NCBI GenBank assembly: GCA_049968235.1
Contig: JBMFRC010000006.1
Coordinates: 64,001 to 128,000 of the forward strand
DNA: 64,000 bases
Direction: 5' to 3'
Source of the DNA: Candidatus Hydrogenedens sp.
GTDB taxonomy: Bacteria > Hydrogenedentota > Hydrogenedentia > Hydrogenedentales > Hydrogenedentaceae
Shown: positions 18,575 through 28,460 of the stretch, piece by piece
Layout: the number at the start of each line of letters is the position of its first letter
Numbering within the stretch: the first letter of the stretch is position 1
Position numbers and translations under genes: made by a program
The notes under the pieces: generated by a model
What the model was told of the DNA's origin: nothing
Seen by the model: the letters and a program-made list of their open reading frames with translations, nothing else
Databases searched by the model: none

Positions 18575-21331
18575 TTAATATTGCATTATTTTCTTTTGGA
18601 GATGTAAAATATTCATTAAATCATCAAAAAGGAAAGGTTTTTTTATTATATCAACATCAGGACCTATTTCGCCTATTGTATCTTTTAATTGATTGTTTGA
18701 GATTAAAAATATTTTATTCTTTCCCTCCCCCAACTTCTCTAATTTCTCGAAATCTTCTTCCTCCATATAATCAGCATCTATTACAATATTTATTGGCGAG
18801 AATCTCAATATTGAAGAAAGAACATTCTCAAAACTATCTGTAATTAAACATGGAATTTTATAGTGATTCATCATTAAGCCTAAAAACTCACGAAAAGTGC
18901 TTTCAGGCTCAAAGATTATAACAACTTTTTCCATGTCTTTATCTTTTCTATCACTATCTATTATCTTCTTAACCTCCCCCCCCTGTTTGACATTATCAAT
19001 TAATCTTAACAGGTAATCCGCAGGGAAAGGCTTTTTAATAAATAGAATATTTTCCGAATAATTTTTTAAATAGGATTTTGATATATTGATATTTTCATCA
19101 ATTATTAACAGTATAGTTGCAGTATCGGTTAAATGATGTTCTTCTATTATACTTAGCAAGGAGAGAATATTTTCAAACTCTTTTTCATAAGTATTTATAA
19201 GAAGGATTTCAGGTTCCAAATCATTTACAAATCGAATTGATTCGTATATATTCTTTGCCCATAGAATATCCCCTTTATCCTTTCCGAGTATTTTCTGAAA
19301 GATATCAAATAATACGGTTTCATTATCGACGATTAGAATCTTTTCTATATTACTTTTTTGTTCTATCTTCTTTTTTTCTCCATCATAAAATATACAATTA
19401 GGCAAAATTACTGTAAATTTACTACCTTCTCCAAGCACACTTTCAACAGTAATTTTTCCATTATGACTCTCAACAATACCCTTTGCAATAGCCAGCCCAA
19501 TACCTGTCCCTTCATATTTTCTTGTAGGAGAACTATCTACCTGGAAAAATTTCTCGAATATTTTTTCTTTATATTCCGGTGGAATTCCGATACCTGTATC
19601 TGCAACTGAGAGTTCCAAAAAGCCTTCATTATCTATAGATATATCTATTTCTATTCTCCCTCCTGTATTAGTAAATTTAACGGCGTTATTAAGTAATATG
19701 CCTAACACTTGACTGATTTTCTCTTTATCTGCCCATATATATATGTTCTCATTTTCATATTTTTCAATAAGATTTATTTGTTTGGCAAGAATTTTAGGGT
19801 TATTAAAAGATGTATTTTCTTTTACCAGTTCTTTTACAGAAAATAGTTTTTTCTTTATTTGTAATCCTTTTATTTCTATTCTGCTAAACTCTATCATCTC
19901 ATTCACCATACGTAATAATCGTTCTACATTTCTTAGCATAACTTCCATAGCATTTTTTTGCTGTTCTGTCAGGGTACCCAATGTGTTTGATAAAAACATT
20001 TCTATATAGCCTTGTATTGTGCTTATGGGGGTTCTTAATTCATGACTTACATTGGATAAAAAGGCATCTTTATTTTTTCCATACTGTCTCAATTCCTCAT
20101 TAAGTTTCTCTAATTGAATTGTTCTTTCTTCCAGTTCATTCTGCATTTTCTTCTGCTGGCTTAAATCGGAAATTACCAGTGAATATCGTATCTCTTTCAA
20201 GTCTTCATTAGGTATAACAGAAACAGAAACGAGGGTAGGAACCTCTTTTTCATCGGACCTTATAAACATGATTTCCCGCCGTTTTTCTATATCTACCATT
20301 TCTAATAAGGGAAGCAATCGTATTACCTCAGCACTTTCTAAAAATTCGTAAATATAATGTCCCAGAACTTGTTCTTCTTCTCTACCTATCATCTTACAAA
20401 AACATTCATTCACCATTACGATTTTATGTTGTATGTCTATAAGCAGAAACCCTTCGTTCATGGTCATGATTAATTTTTTTAGATTTTCTTCTGACTCACG
20501 CAATTTTCTTGTCTGTTCTTCAACTTTTGTTTTTAACTCGTCGGCATGTTTCTGCACCTTCGCAGAGAGGACTTTAAGTTCAGTAATATCTTTTACAGTT
20601 GCAAGAGTTGCTTTATGTTTCCCTTTTTTATCAAATATAGGTGTTCCATGGATCCATAAGTATTTTTTTTGATTGTTTACTTCCAATTCGACCTCATATT
20701 CGCCGCTAATTCCATAACTTCGTGTTAGCCAGTTTTGTTCCACTGCACTTATATTATAAAGACGCACCATATTTGCTACAGTGGAACCTATGATTTCATT
20801 CTTTGTAATGGCTATAAATCTACAAAATTGTTCATTTACATCAACAATGATACCATCTGGATTTGTTAAAACATAACCTTCTGAAATATGGTCGGCGAGG
20901 GTCTTAAATCGCTCCGCTAACTCATCAATATTCTCTTCACGCCGAATAAGAATAATCACAAAGGATAAAATACCTAAAAGGAAACTCCCTAACCCTATGA
21001 GTTCAGAAAATCGGCGTATCTCATCAGGTAAATTGTCATACCAATAGGGATTTAAGGATGTTTTGGATATTATCCAAATACCTGAAGTAAATAGAAGTAT
21101 AATGCCACCTATAAGTATGGATTTTTCTCTTCTTGAAAACTTATATTTATTCAACATCGTAATCGTTATAAAAGAGGGTAAAGCAATAGAAAGTAAAGCG
21201 GTAATAAATCTTGTATTTGATGTATTCATTATTTCCTGAGAAATAAACAATCCCCCAAAACCAAAGATAAAAGGTATAAATAGGGAAATAATTTTTCCCT
21301 GAGATTTACTTAATTTCAAAAATTCCTTCAT
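18575..21331 (-). CDS. Hybrid sensor histidine kinase (4 TM, multiple PAS domains, HisKA, HATPase_c, two degenerate receiver-like domains)
   Basis: N-terminal TM helices. PAS-like segments. H-box SHELRTPISTIQGY. G-boxes DTGIGIP/GTGIGLAIAKG. About 270 aa C-terminal region with receiver-like alternation but non-canonical Asp pocket. Confidence 0.8.
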   Translation of the reverse strand: MKEFLKLSKSQGKIISLFIPFIFGFGGLFISQEIMNTSNTRFITALLSIALPSFITITMLNKYKFSRREKSILIGGIILLFTSGIWIISKTSLNPYWYDNLPDEIRRFSELIGLGSFLLGILSFVIILIRREENIDELAERFKTLADHISEGYVLTNPDGIIVDVNEQFCRFIAITKNEIIGSTVANMVRLYNISAVEQNWLTRSYGISGEYEVELEVNNQKKYLWIHGTPIFDKKGKHKATLATVKDITELKVLSAKVQKHADELKTKVEEQTRKLRESEENLKKLIMTMNEGFLLIDIQHKIVMVNECFCKMIGREEEQVLGHYIYEFLESAEVIRLLPLLEMVDIEKRREIMFIRSDEKEVPTLVSVSVIPNEDLKEIRYSLVISDLSQQKKMQNELEERTIQLEKLNEELRQYGKNKDAFLSNVSHELRTPISTIQGYIEMFLSNTLGTLTEQQKNAMEVMLRNVERLLRMVNEMIEFSRIEIKGLQIKKKLFSVKELVKENTSFNNPKILAKQINLIEKYENENIYIWADKEKISQVLGILLNNAVKFTNTGGRIEIDISIDNEGFLELSVADTGIGIPPEYKEKIFEKFFQVDSSPTRKYEGTGIGLAIAKGIVESHNGKITVESVLGEGSKFTVILPNCIFYDGEKKKIEQKSNIEKILIVDNETVLFDIFQKILGKDKGDILWAKNIYESIRFVNDLEPEILLINTYEKEFENILSLLSIIEEHHLTDTATILLIIDENINISKSYLKNYSENILFIKKPFPADYLLRLIDNVKQGGEVKKIIDSDRKDKDMEKVVIIFEPESTFREFLGLMMNHYKIPCLITDSFENVLSSILRFSPINIVIDADYMEEEDFEKLEKLGEGKNKIFLISNNQLKDTIGEIGPDVDIIKKPFLFDDLMNILHLQKKIMQY

Positions 21332-21807
21332 TTTGTATCCTCGACTAATTTCATTTTATCTCTTATGGTATCTTTTACCAGTTTGTCGCACCGTTCATTT
21401 TGGGAATGCTGATTATGTCCTTTTATCCACTCCCAGGTAACATCATGCTTTTCAACTAATTGAATCAACTCATTCCATAAATCAATATTTTTGACTGTTC
21501 CGGATTTTGTTTTCCATCCTTTCTTTACCCAACTTTTTAACCATTCTGACATCCCCTTTTTTAAATACTCCGAATCCGTATAAATAATAACTTTACATTT
21601 CTTTTTTAATGCTTTTAATCCTTCTATTGCCGCTTTTAATTCCATACGATTATTTGTTGTGTCTTCTTCATATCCGGTTAATATCTTTTCTTTATCTCCA
21701 TAAGTTAATATAACTGCCCATGCACCTTTTCCCGGATTGGGAATACATCCACCATCGGTATATATTTTTACTAAAGGAATGTCTGTTTTATTTTCTACCT
21801 CATCCAT
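21328..21807 (-). CDS. rnhA: Ribonuclease HI
   Basis: YTDGGC...NNRMEL...YTDSEY...KGHNQ catalytic DEDD motif set. 159 aa. ATGA overlap with the downstream HK. Confidence 0.9.
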   Translation of the reverse strand: MDEVENKTDIPLVKIYTDGGCIPNPGKGAWAVILTYGDKEKILTGYEEDTTNNRMELKAAIEGLKALKKKCKVIIYTDSEYLKKGMSEWLKSWVKKGWKTKSGTVKNIDLWNELIQLVEKHDVTWEWIKGHNQHSQNERCDKLVKDTIRDKMKLVEDTK

Positions 21808-21808
21808 A

Positions 21809-22342
21809 TTAATTTCCTGCTATTTCTTCTATCCACCTATTATTCCGATGTTTTTTAGCCAATTCTTTTGGTGTCATACCTTCGTTATTTCGTTCTTCCA
21901 TCGGAATTCCAATTGTTTTTAAGTATTTTCCGACATTGACTGTTCCAAAAATAGCCGATGTATGTAAAGGAGAATCTCCGAAATTGTCTTTTATCTGAGT
22001 ATCACTTCCATGCGTAATCAACCAGCGAGCAGGCCCCTTTAAATCCCACATAGCACATACATGTAAAGGGGTCATACCGGTAATATCCTTTTCATCAAGT
22101 TTTGCTCCATATATATACAATAGGTCTAATATATCTTTACTTCCGCTACACACAGCATAATGTAACATTGTTTTGCCTAAATAATCTTTGCTATTAATAA
22201 TTGCGGGATTTTTCAACAACTGTTTTTCTAAATTGACCACATCCCCTTTTGCAGCGAGGTCAAAACATGATGGATTACAGCCTGTTATAATTAAAGGGAG
22301 TAGATATATAAAATTCTTTATTTTTCTATATAATTTCACCAT
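21809..22342 (-). CDS. Ankyrin-repeat lipoprotein
   Basis: Signal with lipobox LIITGC. 3-4 ankyrin repeats (G.TPLH.A...G....LL..GA). Confidence 0.75.
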   Translation of the reverse strand: MVKLYRKIKNFIYLLPLIITGCNPSCFDLAAKGDVVNLEKQLLKNPAIINSKDYLGKTMLHYAVCSGSKDILDLLYIYGAKLDEKDITGMTPLHVCAMWDLKGPARWLITHGSDTQIKDNFGDSPLHTSAIFGTVNVGKYLKTIGIPMEERNNEGMTPKELAKKHRNNRWIEEIAGN

Positions 22343-22416
22343 CTTTTATATATTTTAATCTCTATTTGTATATTATAATACTATTATAAATAATCGGTCA
22401 TGATAAGGAATAATCC

Positions 22417-23241
22417 ATGTCCAAAAGGTACCCCGCAGTAAGTGGACAATTTTATCCCAATAATCCATCAACGCTATTAGCACAGGTAAGTATTTATATT
22501 GAACAATCCGGTGTATCTCCATCTCCAGACCGTGTATTATCAATTATTGCACCTCATGCTGGGTATATGTATTCGGGACTAACCGCAGGTTTTGCATTTG
22601 CAAGAATTCGGGGACAAAAAATAAGTCGAATAATTTTAGTGGGTAGGTCTCACCGTTATACTTTTGACGGTCTGGCTCTTTGTGAATACGAATCTTTTTT
22701 AACTCCTGTAGGAGAATTCCCTATTGATACTACATTTAATCTTTCCCTTATGAAGCACCTCCCTTGTTGTGTAAATAGTGCACATATTTATGAGCATTGC
22801 CTTGAAGTTATGTTGCCTTTCCTCTATGGAAGTATTGGCACTATTCCAATCGTTCCTATTTTACTTGGTAAAGAACCTTCTCAGAGACATTTAGAATATG
22901 GGAAAATAATTGCTTCTTTATCTCAAAACGGAGACTTAGTCATAGCATCTACAGATTTATCTCACTATCTACCTGAAAAAGAGGCAAATCAGATAGATAC
23001 AAATACAATTCATGCTATTTTAGATAAGGATGTAGAAAAAATTATTCAGGGGATAGAAATGGGAACATGTTCGATGTGTGGTGCATCCGCTGTCATTTTA
23101 GCAATGGGTTTTTCTTCTTTTTTTGGCAATTATGATGTTCATTTATTAAACTATACAACCAGTGGAAAAACTTCTGGTGATTATAGTTCCGTTGTTGGTT
23201 ATGCTTCTTTAAGTTTTGAACTAAAAGAAGTAAACATGTAA
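22417..23241 (+). CDS. AmmeMemoRadiSam system protein B (Memo1-like)
   Basis: YPAVSGQFYP N-terminus, APHAGY..SG, LSHY motifs characteristic of the MEMO1 / AmmeMemoRadiSam-B family. Confidence 0.8.
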   Translation: MSKRYPAVSGQFYPNNPSTLLAQVSIYIEQSGVSPSPDRVLSIIAPHAGYMYSGLTAGFAFARIRGQKISRIILVGRSHRYTFDGLALCEYESFLTPVGEFPIDTTFNLSLMKHLPCCVNSAHIYEHCLEVMLPFLYGSIGTIPIVPILLGKEPSQRHLEYGKIIASLSQNGDLVIASTDLSHYLPEKEANQIDTNTIHAILDKDVEKIIQGIEMGTCSMCGASAVILAMGFSSFFGNYDVHLLNYTTSGKTSGDYSSVVGYASLSFELKEVNM

Positions 23242-23293
23242 AATAAGATATCTTTCAAAATCTGGCAACGCATCGAAAAACAGGATTTTTCAA

Positions 23294-24397
23294 ATGGCAG
23301 GTATTCTTATTCAAGATATTTGTAGTATTTTAGAAGAATGGGCACCTAAAGAATTAGCATACCCTGAAGATTCTGTAGGTTTGGTTTTAGGATCAAATGA
23401 TTGGAATACCAGTAATGTTATTGTCTGTCTAACAATTACAGACCCGATTGTTCAAGAGGCTATACAAAAGAAAGTAAAACTGATTATTTCCCATCATCCT
23501 TTATTCTATCAGCCACTACGAAAAATAGTCCACGGGAATCCTTATCAAAAAAGGATAGCCAAATTAATAACGAATGAGATTGCATGTTATACATGTCATA
23601 CCAATCTGGATGTCGCAGAAAAGGGATTAAATTACATATTAGCAAAAAAATTAGACCTTTCTAATATCTCCGGATTGCTTCCTATTGAACATGTTAAACT
23701 ATATAAATTAGTTACATTTGTTCCCAAAAACCATCTTGAAAAAGTTAGAAGTGCGGTATGTGATAGTGGTGCAGGAATTATTGGTGAATACGCATATTGC
23801 TCTTTCAGCACATCTGGAACGGGAACTTTTCTGCCTTCAGAAAAAGCGAATCCTTTTCTCGGTAAAGTAGGAAAAATGAATGAAGAAAAGGAGGAACGAT
23901 TTGAAGTTATCGTTTCCTCTGAGGTTCTGGATAGAACAATTGATGCATTACTATCCGCACATCCTTATGAAGAAGTTGCTTACGATGTTTATCCTTTACA
24001 CAATAAGAACTGTAAAATTTCATTAGGAGTAAAAGGGACATTAGATAAATCGGTATCTCTTGATACCTTCTCTAATATGGTAAAAGAAAAATTAAATCTT
24101 CCTTCAATAAGGATAGTTGGAAACCCAGATAAAAAAGTGAAAAACATTGCTGTCCTTGGAGGTAATGGTGGTGGAGAAATAATAAACATCCCCGATAACA
24201 TAGATGTCTTAATTACTGGAGATGTCAAATATCATCAGGCATTGGAAGCGGAAGACCGTGGATTGGCGGTAATCGATGCAGGACATTTTGGAACAGAATA
24301 TCCTATTGTTGAAGGAATTGCTAATTATCTAAATCGAAAACTGCCTCTACTTGAGATAATTATTCCCATAGAAAAAGAACCTTTCTGGTATAAATAA
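23294..24397 (+). CDS. Nif3-family dinuclear metal center protein (GTP cyclohydrolase 1 type 2 homolog)
   Basis: N- and C-terminal NIF3 halves (ISHHPLFY..., ITGDVKYHQALEA...DAGHF) with an inserted PII-like domain. 367 aa. Confidence 0.8.
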   Translation: MAGILIQDICSILEEWAPKELAYPEDSVGLVLGSNDWNTSNVIVCLTITDPIVQEAIQKKVKLIISHHPLFYQPLRKIVHGNPYQKRIAKLITNEIACYTCHTNLDVAEKGLNYILAKKLDLSNISGLLPIEHVKLYKLVTFVPKNHLEKVRSAVCDSGAGIIGEYAYCSFSTSGTGTFLPSEKANPFLGKVGKMNEEKEERFEVIVSSEVLDRTIDALLSAHPYEEVAYDVYPLHNKNCKISLGVKGTLDKSVSLDTFSNMVKEKLNLPSIRIVGNPDKKVKNIAVLGGNGGGEIINIPDNIDVLITGDVKYHQALEAEDRGLAVIDAGHFGTEYPIVEGIANYLNRKLPLLEIIIPIEKEPFWYK

Positions 24398-24413
24398 AAA
24401 GAGAGGATTAAAG

Positions 24414-25859
24414 ATGCGAATATTGTATTTAACTTCTGAACTGGCTCCTTTAATATCAACTGGAGGACTAGCAGAAGTTGCTTATGCTTTACCTAAATCG
24501 CTTAAGAAAAATAATATAGATATTCGTGTTGGATTACCTAAATACAAGCATTTAAAAATTTCGGAAAATTGTGTTTCATCTTTACCCTGTTTATTGGATA
24601 GTTCAAAAAATGCCTATCAGTCCATACTTTGGGAAACTATTGTTCCCCAAACAGATATTCCTTTATATTTGATTGAACATGAGGAACTTTTTGGAAGAGA
24701 CTATGTATATGGTTCAGGAGATTGGGAATATGAGGATAATCCACGTAGGTTTTCTTTCTTCTGTAAAGCCATACTTGATGCTATAGAACGAATCCAATGG
24801 AAACCGGATATTATTCATTGTAATGACTGGGCAACATCTGCCATTTTACCTTTTTTATTAATCCAACATGAACATAACTTCTTCTGGCATAATACATATA
24901 CTTTACTCACAATCCATAATCTCGCTTTTCAGGGTAGATATCCAGGCTCTCGTTATCCCTCTACAGGTTTACCCATTGAATTTTTTAATTCCAATTGTTT
25001 TGAATATCATGGTGATATGAATTTACTTAAAGGAGGAATTCTTCTTGCAGATAAAATAAATACAGTAAGCCCAACTTATGCCATTGAGATACAAACATTA
25101 GAGTATGGTTTTGGATTAGACAATGTATTAAGGTTCCGTTCCAATGACCTTTCTGGCATTCTTAATGGGGTTGATTACTCCATATGGAGTTCACATAATG
25201 ATAGAAATATAGAAGTCAATTATGATTGTGATTCGATAGCAAATAAAGAAATCTGTAAATCATCTTTACGAAAGAAAATTAATTTCCCTGAACAAAATGT
25301 CCCTTTAATCGGAATTACCAGTCGTCTTTATTGGCAGAAGGGTATAGATATACTCATCCAATCTTTGCCTGAGTTGATAAAACTTGACTTACAAATGGTT
25401 ATCCTTGGCACAGGAGACCCTAAATATGAAACACAACTTAAAGAAATTGCTTCCTGCTATCCGGATAAAATAAGAACCATAATTAGTTATGATACCGAAC
25501 TATCACATCAAATTATAGCGGGTAGTGATTTTATTCTTATGCCTTCTCGATACGAACCATGTGGATTAACGCAATTATATGCCTTCGCATACGGAACTAT
25601 TCCCATTGTTCGGAAGGTAGGTGGGTTAGCGGATTCTGTAACGAACATAACACCTGAAAATATTCGAAAAAAACGTGCAACAGGGATAACTTTTAGACCT
25701 CTGACTTCTAAAAGTATTATTAGAAGCATAAGAAATGCAATTGATTTATTTCATAATAAAGATATATTTTATGATATAAGAATCAATGCTATGAAACAAG
25801 ATTTTTCATGGGATAAACAAGCAAAATTATATATAAAATTGTATGAAAGCCTCTTGTGA
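24414..25859 (+). CDS. glgA: Glycogen synthase (ADP-glucose type, GT5)
   Basis: MRILYLTSELAPLISTGGLAEV N-terminal K/S-TGGL motif. C-terminal GT-B fold (PSRYEPCGLTQLYAFAYGTIPIV). Confidence 0.85.
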   Translation: MRILYLTSELAPLISTGGLAEVAYALPKSLKKNNIDIRVGLPKYKHLKISENCVSSLPCLLDSSKNAYQSILWETIVPQTDIPLYLIEHEELFGRDYVYGSGDWEYEDNPRRFSFFCKAILDAIERIQWKPDIIHCNDWATSAILPFLLIQHEHNFFWHNTYTLLTIHNLAFQGRYPGSRYPSTGLPIEFFNSNCFEYHGDMNLLKGGILLADKINTVSPTYAIEIQTLEYGFGLDNVLRFRSNDLSGILNGVDYSIWSSHNDRNIEVNYDCDSIANKEICKSSLRKKINFPEQNVPLIGITSRLYWQKGIDILIQSLPELIKLDLQMVILGTGDPKYETQLKEIASCYPDKIRTIISYDTELSHQIIAGSDFILMPSRYEPCGLTQLYAFAYGTIPIVRKVGGLADSVTNITPENIRKKRATGITFRPLTSKSIIRSIRNAIDLFHNKDIFYDIRINAMKQDFSWDKQAKLYIKLYESLL

Positions 25860-26352
25860 TAATAATAGTTCCGATGCCCTGTTAATCCTACAAACCTCTT
25901 CTCCAGCACAAACAGAGGAATTGGGGCGTATTTTCGGAAAATGCCTGCAACCGGATGCCAAAGTAGCACTTATTGGAGATTTAGCAACAGGAAAAACTTG
26001 CTTCGTTAAGGGAATCGTAAAAGAAATATGTGGAGATTGCTGGGTACATAGTCCAACTTTTACAATAATTAATCAATACGGAAATCCTCCCCAGGTTCTT
26101 CACCTTGATTGTTATCGGATTCAGGATGAAAGGGAAATCATTGATATTGGTTCTGAAGAATGGTTAAGTGATAATGTAATCTGTCTGATAGAATGGGCAG
26201 ATAGGATTATAAGTATTATTCCCTCCAATACTACCTTTCTGTATTTTTACCATATAGAAAATGATAAACGAAGAATTGAAATATTCAACTTAAATTCCAA
26301 TGTTTTTAATACACTGACGGAGAAATTACCCGGTCATTTCTTAAAAACATAG
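25843..26352 (+). CDS. tsaE: tRNA threonylcarbamoyladenosine biosynthesis ATPase TsaE
   Basis: Walker A LIGDLATGKT. SPTFTIINQY. LHLDCYRI. 17-nt overlap with glgA. Confidence 0.75.
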   Translation: MKASCDNNSSDALLILQTSSPAQTEELGRIFGKCLQPDAKVALIGDLATGKTCFVKGIVKEICGDCWVHSPTFTIINQYGNPPQVLHLDCYRIQDEREIIDIGSEEWLSDNVICLIEWADRIISIIPSNTTFLYFYHIENDKRRIEIFNLNSNVFNTLTEKLPGHFLKT

Positions 26353-26361
26353 AGTACTATT

Positions 26362-27033
26362 TCATTTAGTTTTTTGTTCTTTCTGAAGAGGTTGTACAGA
26401 AAGTTTTACGGGAATAGAGGCTCCTGAAGATACGATAATTTCGATAGCCTGTTCCATCGTAATGGGACATTTATATATTTTTTCAGCAGGGTAAAATTGT
26501 AATATTCCCACACTTATATTAGGAGTAGTAGGGATAAAAACCCGATAGTATTCTTTTTTATTAGGAAGTTTAATTTTTCCTAACAAAAGTCCCATTGTAT
26601 AAATTTTATCATGTGTGAAGGGGACAATTACGATATAACGCGTGTGATTGGATGAAAACTGTTCTATAAAACTTACTGTCATCTGTTTTGCAGAATTGTA
26701 TATGGTTTTAACTATAGGAATTTTTTTGATAATTTTTTCAAAAAGAGATAAAATCTGGCGGATTAGGAAGAAACTTGATAAAAGCCCAACCAGATAGACA
26801 AAGATAACAATTAATATAACGGATATAGGAGCAATTAAATAATTCGGATATTCTGGAAACCATTGGGTCACATAAGGTGTTATACGTCCTACTGTAAAGT
26901 AATAGATAAATCTCAAAATCAAAAATGTTAATCCTAAAGGGACAACTGTCAATATACCTGCAAAGAAATATCTTCTTACTCTTCCCCAGATTTTAGACAT
27001 TTTCTTTTCCGTATTTTTCTTTTCAATCTGCAT
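26362..27033 (-). CDS. DUF502 family membrane protein
   Basis: Two N-terminal TM helices plus conserved IPTTPNISVG (TPNPTSG-like) DUF502 signature. Start may be the internal Met (MSKIWGRV, 27000). Confidence 0.7.
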   Translation of the reverse strand: MQIEKKNTEKKMSKIWGRVRRYFFAGILTVVPLGLTFLILRFIYYFTVGRITPYVTQWFPEYPNYLIAPISVILIVIFVYLVGLLSSFFLIRQILSLFEKIIKKIPIVKTIYNSAKQMTVSFIEQFSSNHTRYIVIVPFTHDKIYTMGLLLGKIKLPNKKEYYRVFIPTTPNISVGILQFYPAEKIYKCPITMEQAIEIIVSSGASIPVKLSVQPLQKEQKTK

Positions 27034-27736
27034 GTTTTTTCTCTATTTTTTGTAACTCTTGCTGCATATAGGAGTCTGCTTTTAACACCTCGGGTGTAAC
27101 AACTCCACCTGACAAAATCATTGTTACAATTTCATCCATTGGAATCTCCATTTCATCTCCTACGCTATCTTGAGGAACTAATTCAAAATATCCGCTTGTA
27201 GGATTAGGTGTAGTCGGAACAAAAACTGTTTTAAAAGAACCCAGTCCTTCAATCTCCACACTATTTGTAACTAAAGCAATACTTCTAACTCCGGGAAAGG
27301 GGAAATCAATAAATATTGCTGGACCTGATTTCTGTTTTTCTTCTTTCGCTTTTGTAAATACAGATACAATTTGTTTTGTAGCATTATATATGGTTTTTAT
27401 AAAAGGTATCCGTTCTAAAATACTTTCAAATAAGTAAAAAAGCCTACTCCCAACGTAGATATTTGTTATAACCCCTAAAAATAAAATCCCCAGTATTATC
27501 AATATTAAAGAAATAGCGGGGACAAAATAATCAGGCACCGTATAGAATATTTTTTTCGTAAGTGGTCCTAATTTATTATGTAACAATAAATAAAGTAATT
27601 GTATTACATAGAAGGTTACCCCGACAGGTATGATAACGATTAACCCTGTGAATATTCGATTAATTATGGAAGTTTTTATCGCTCTAAATAATCGTTTTAG
27701 CAGGATAATTAATCTTAATTTTAAGGAAGGATGCAT
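27023..27736 (-). CDS. DUF502 family membrane protein (paralog)
   Basis: Same architecture. VPTTPNPTSGYFELVPQD signature. Adjacent paralog. Confidence 0.7.
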   Translation of the reverse strand: MHPSLKLRLIILLKRLFRAIKTSIINRIFTGLIVIIPVGVTFYVIQLLYLLLHNKLGPLTKKIFYTVPDYFVPAISLILIILGILFLGVITNIYVGSRLFYLFESILERIPFIKTIYNATKQIVSVFTKAKEEKQKSGPAIFIDFPFPGVRSIALVTNSVEIEGLGSFKTVFVPTTPNPTSGYFELVPQDSVGDEMEIPMDEIVTMILSGGVVTPEVLKADSYMQQELQKIEKKHAD

Positions 27737-27744
27737 ATAAAATA

Positions 27745-28008
27745 CTAAGATATATGATTCTTTTCTATTTCTATTCCATCGCCAATTCTTAAATAAGGCA
27801 AGTCATTAATAATGGGATATACAATTTTTTTATCTTCCCTTATCAATCCCCCGTCTAAATTTTCATTCACCGGGTCCCCATCTCTATTTACTACCTTACC
27901 CTGTTGAATAGCTTTGTTAATTTTCTTTAATAATTCATCATCAACCAGTTGTAACGGTTGTTTTGTTTCAGGACATACTAATATATTGAGTAATTCCTGT
28001 GAAATCAT
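27745..28008 (-). CDS. Trm112-like (UPF0434) small protein
   Basis: LLNILVCPETKQPL Zn-ribbon-like Trm112p motif. 87 aa. Confidence 0.7.
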   Translation of the reverse strand: MISQELLNILVCPETKQPLQLVDDELLKKINKAIQQGKVVNRDGDPVNENLDGGLIREDKKIVYPIINDLPYLRIGDGIEIEKNHIS

Positions 28009-28032
28009 AAAGGTTCTCCTAAAACTCAGAAA

Positions 28033-28209
28033 TTATGAGTTCTCTTCTTTTTTCTTCTCTTCTAAACTTTCTTTCTTTTCCTCTTCTCCCCCTTTGACTG
28101 CATCCTTAAATTCTGCAATGGCTGTTCCTAAAGAACGACCTAATCCTGCAATCTTATTTCCACCAAATAAAACGAGGACTATAATAAGGATTATAAATAA
28201 TTCACCCAT
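28033..28209 (-). CDS. tatA: Sec-independent protein translocase TatA/E
   Basis: MGELFIILIIVLVLFGGNKIAGLGRSLG is the canonical TatA TM plus hinge (FG..K). Start placed at ATG 28209. The track ORF extends to 28263 through two upstream in-frame Met that are unlikely. Lys/Glu-rich C-tail. Confidence 0.75.
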   Translation of the reverse strand: MGELFIILIIVLVLFGGNKIAGLGRSLGTAIAEFKDAVKGGEEEKKESLEEKKKEENS

Positions 28210-28460
28210 TCCTGGTGTCCACATATATTGTTCCTTTCTAAATAAGGTTATTTTTCGATTCAAACTACAAACATTTAATTATATTATACTCTTCAATCAC
28301 ATTTGGTTTCTAATTGTAACGCTTCGTCCTAATTTCATGTATACACCAAAATATATAGTTGAGAAATATGTCTGTAAAAAGAGATAATATATTATAAGTT
28401 TTTGAATATAGTTATATCCTTTTAAGAACCCCAAAAGATACATTATAGGAGTGCTTTTTT

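Noticed and set aside
21809-22342. Ankyrin-repeat protein as evidence of eukaryote-like effector / horizontal transfer
   Set aside because: It has a lipoprotein signal and sits in an ordinary operon with rnhA and a histidine kinase. Composition matches the host genome. Ankyrin repeats are common in many free-living bacteria.
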